A stretch of 64,000 bases of DNA from an uncultured Gammaproteobacteria bacterium (GTDB lineage: Bacteria; Pseudomonadota; Gammaproteobacteria; JABDGN01). A program made the position numbers and the translations under genes. This document shows, in pieces, positions 63,189 through 64,000 of this stretch. The number at the start of each line of letters is the position of its first letter. The first letter of the stretch is position 1. The stretch lies in the NCBI GenBank assembly GCA_963975985.1, contig CAXBIY010000003.1, forward strand, positions 129,539-193,538. Reading direction: 5' to 3'. The notes below the pieces were generated by a model. The model searched no databases and was not told the origin of the DNA. It was given only the letters and a program-made list of their open reading frames with translations.

Positions 63189-64000
63189 GCATTATCATTT
63201 CTGCAATTATCATATCTATTATTATAATTGGCTCAACCCTTTTGATATTGAGACGTATTAATGAGAATAGCAGCGATCGTCCAAATTTTGACAAATATGC
63301 CATTCAGACCGATGAGCGTTTACGCTTCATGCAAGACAACGTAGCCAAGCTACAACCTGCCCTCACTGAACATTTGATGAAGTCATTTGATACGTTGCGC
63401 GGGCAAGTCACTGAAACATTAAAAGAAAATGCCAAGCTGATTGACAAGCAAGTCTCACAGCTCACCCAACAAACCGATCAACGCTTAAAAGAAATCAGCG
63501 GCCAAGTTGAAAAACGCCTCGCCGAAGGCTTTGAAAAAACCACTGCCACCTTCCAAGATGTCTTGAAACGCCTGGCTCTCATCGATGAAGCCCAAAAGAA
63601 AATCACTGAATTATCAGGCAATGTCGTCAGCCTGCAAGAAGTGCTGGCCGACAAACGCTCGCGCGGCGCCTTTGGCGAAGTCCAGCTCTCCGCCCTCGTT
63701 CGCAACGTCATGCCAGAGAACACTTTTGCCTTTCAACACACTTTCTCAACCGGTACCCGTGCAGATTGTGTATTATTTTTACCCGCCCCAACTGGTAATG
63801 TGGCTATCGATTCTAAATTTCCGCTGGAAAGCTACCGCACCATGACTGATATCAACATCAGCGAGATCGAGCGCCAAACCGCCACCCGTCAATTCAAAAT
63901 TGACATCAAAAAACACATTCAAGATATTGAATCAAAATATATTATTACCAATGAAACGGCAGAAGGTGCAATGATGTTCATCCCTGCTGAAGCCGTCTTC
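63186..64000 (+). CDS. rmuC: DNA recombination protein RmuC, 3'-partial (runs off window; absent from the ORF track)
   Basis: Manual translation from ATG 63186: N-terminal TM 'MSIIISAIIISIIIIGS', coiled-coil, then 'SRGAFGEVQLSALVRNVMPE...DCVLFLPAPTGNVAIDSKFPLESY' matching the RmuC core. Confidence 0.75.

Noticed and set aside
63478-63845. ORFs 63478..63723(-) and 63585..63845(+)
   Set aside because: Lie inside the manually identified rmuC reading frame (63186 to the window end), which has clear RmuC motifs.

Overview
This is a dense 64-kb chromosomal window, AT-rich (about 40% GC by eye), with roughly 70 protein-coding genes on both strands. I found no rRNA, tRNA or CRISPR. Gene content points to a gamma-proteobacterium: the rne/rluC/HAD arrangement, ycfL-lpoB, kdsB, murB, lexA, recQ, fadH-fabV, hemH, phrB and rmuC. 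The ankyrin-repeat gene, a eukaryotic-like PPP phosphatase, a secreted DNase II homolog and dispersed palindromic repeats suggest an intracellular or Legionellales-like lineage; that is inference only. Housekeeping genes alternate with accessory blocks. The most unusual region is a tight minus-strand operon at 12.0-17.0 kb that contains a duplicated module of a porin-like outer-membrane barrel followed by a secreted beta-sandwich protein. One copy is expanded into a 736-aa protein with three Cys-pair Ig-like domains and a 7-bladed Reg_prop-like propeller, and a TPMT-like methyltransferase sits between the copies. Other notable items: a family of ~110-bp MITE-like palindromes (4 copies plus a remnant in the rne leader); a second small hairpin-repeat family (2 copies); a secreted DNase II-family nuclease; a lipoprotein cluster with ycfL followed by two tandem lpoB copies separated by a MITE; and a kdsB-linked operon encoding a PPP phosphatase, a possible heme-oxygenase-like protein and an ATP-grasp ligase. 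Also noted are a translationally coupled POT transporter and ankyrin protein, an Arg/Gln tandem-repeat tail in RNase E, a candidate OmpR-family direct-repeat site upstream of a two-component system, paired TetR operators, and a divergent UNG-like glycosylase. The window is also rich in efflux genes: six MFS transporters plus SMR, DMT and LysE.
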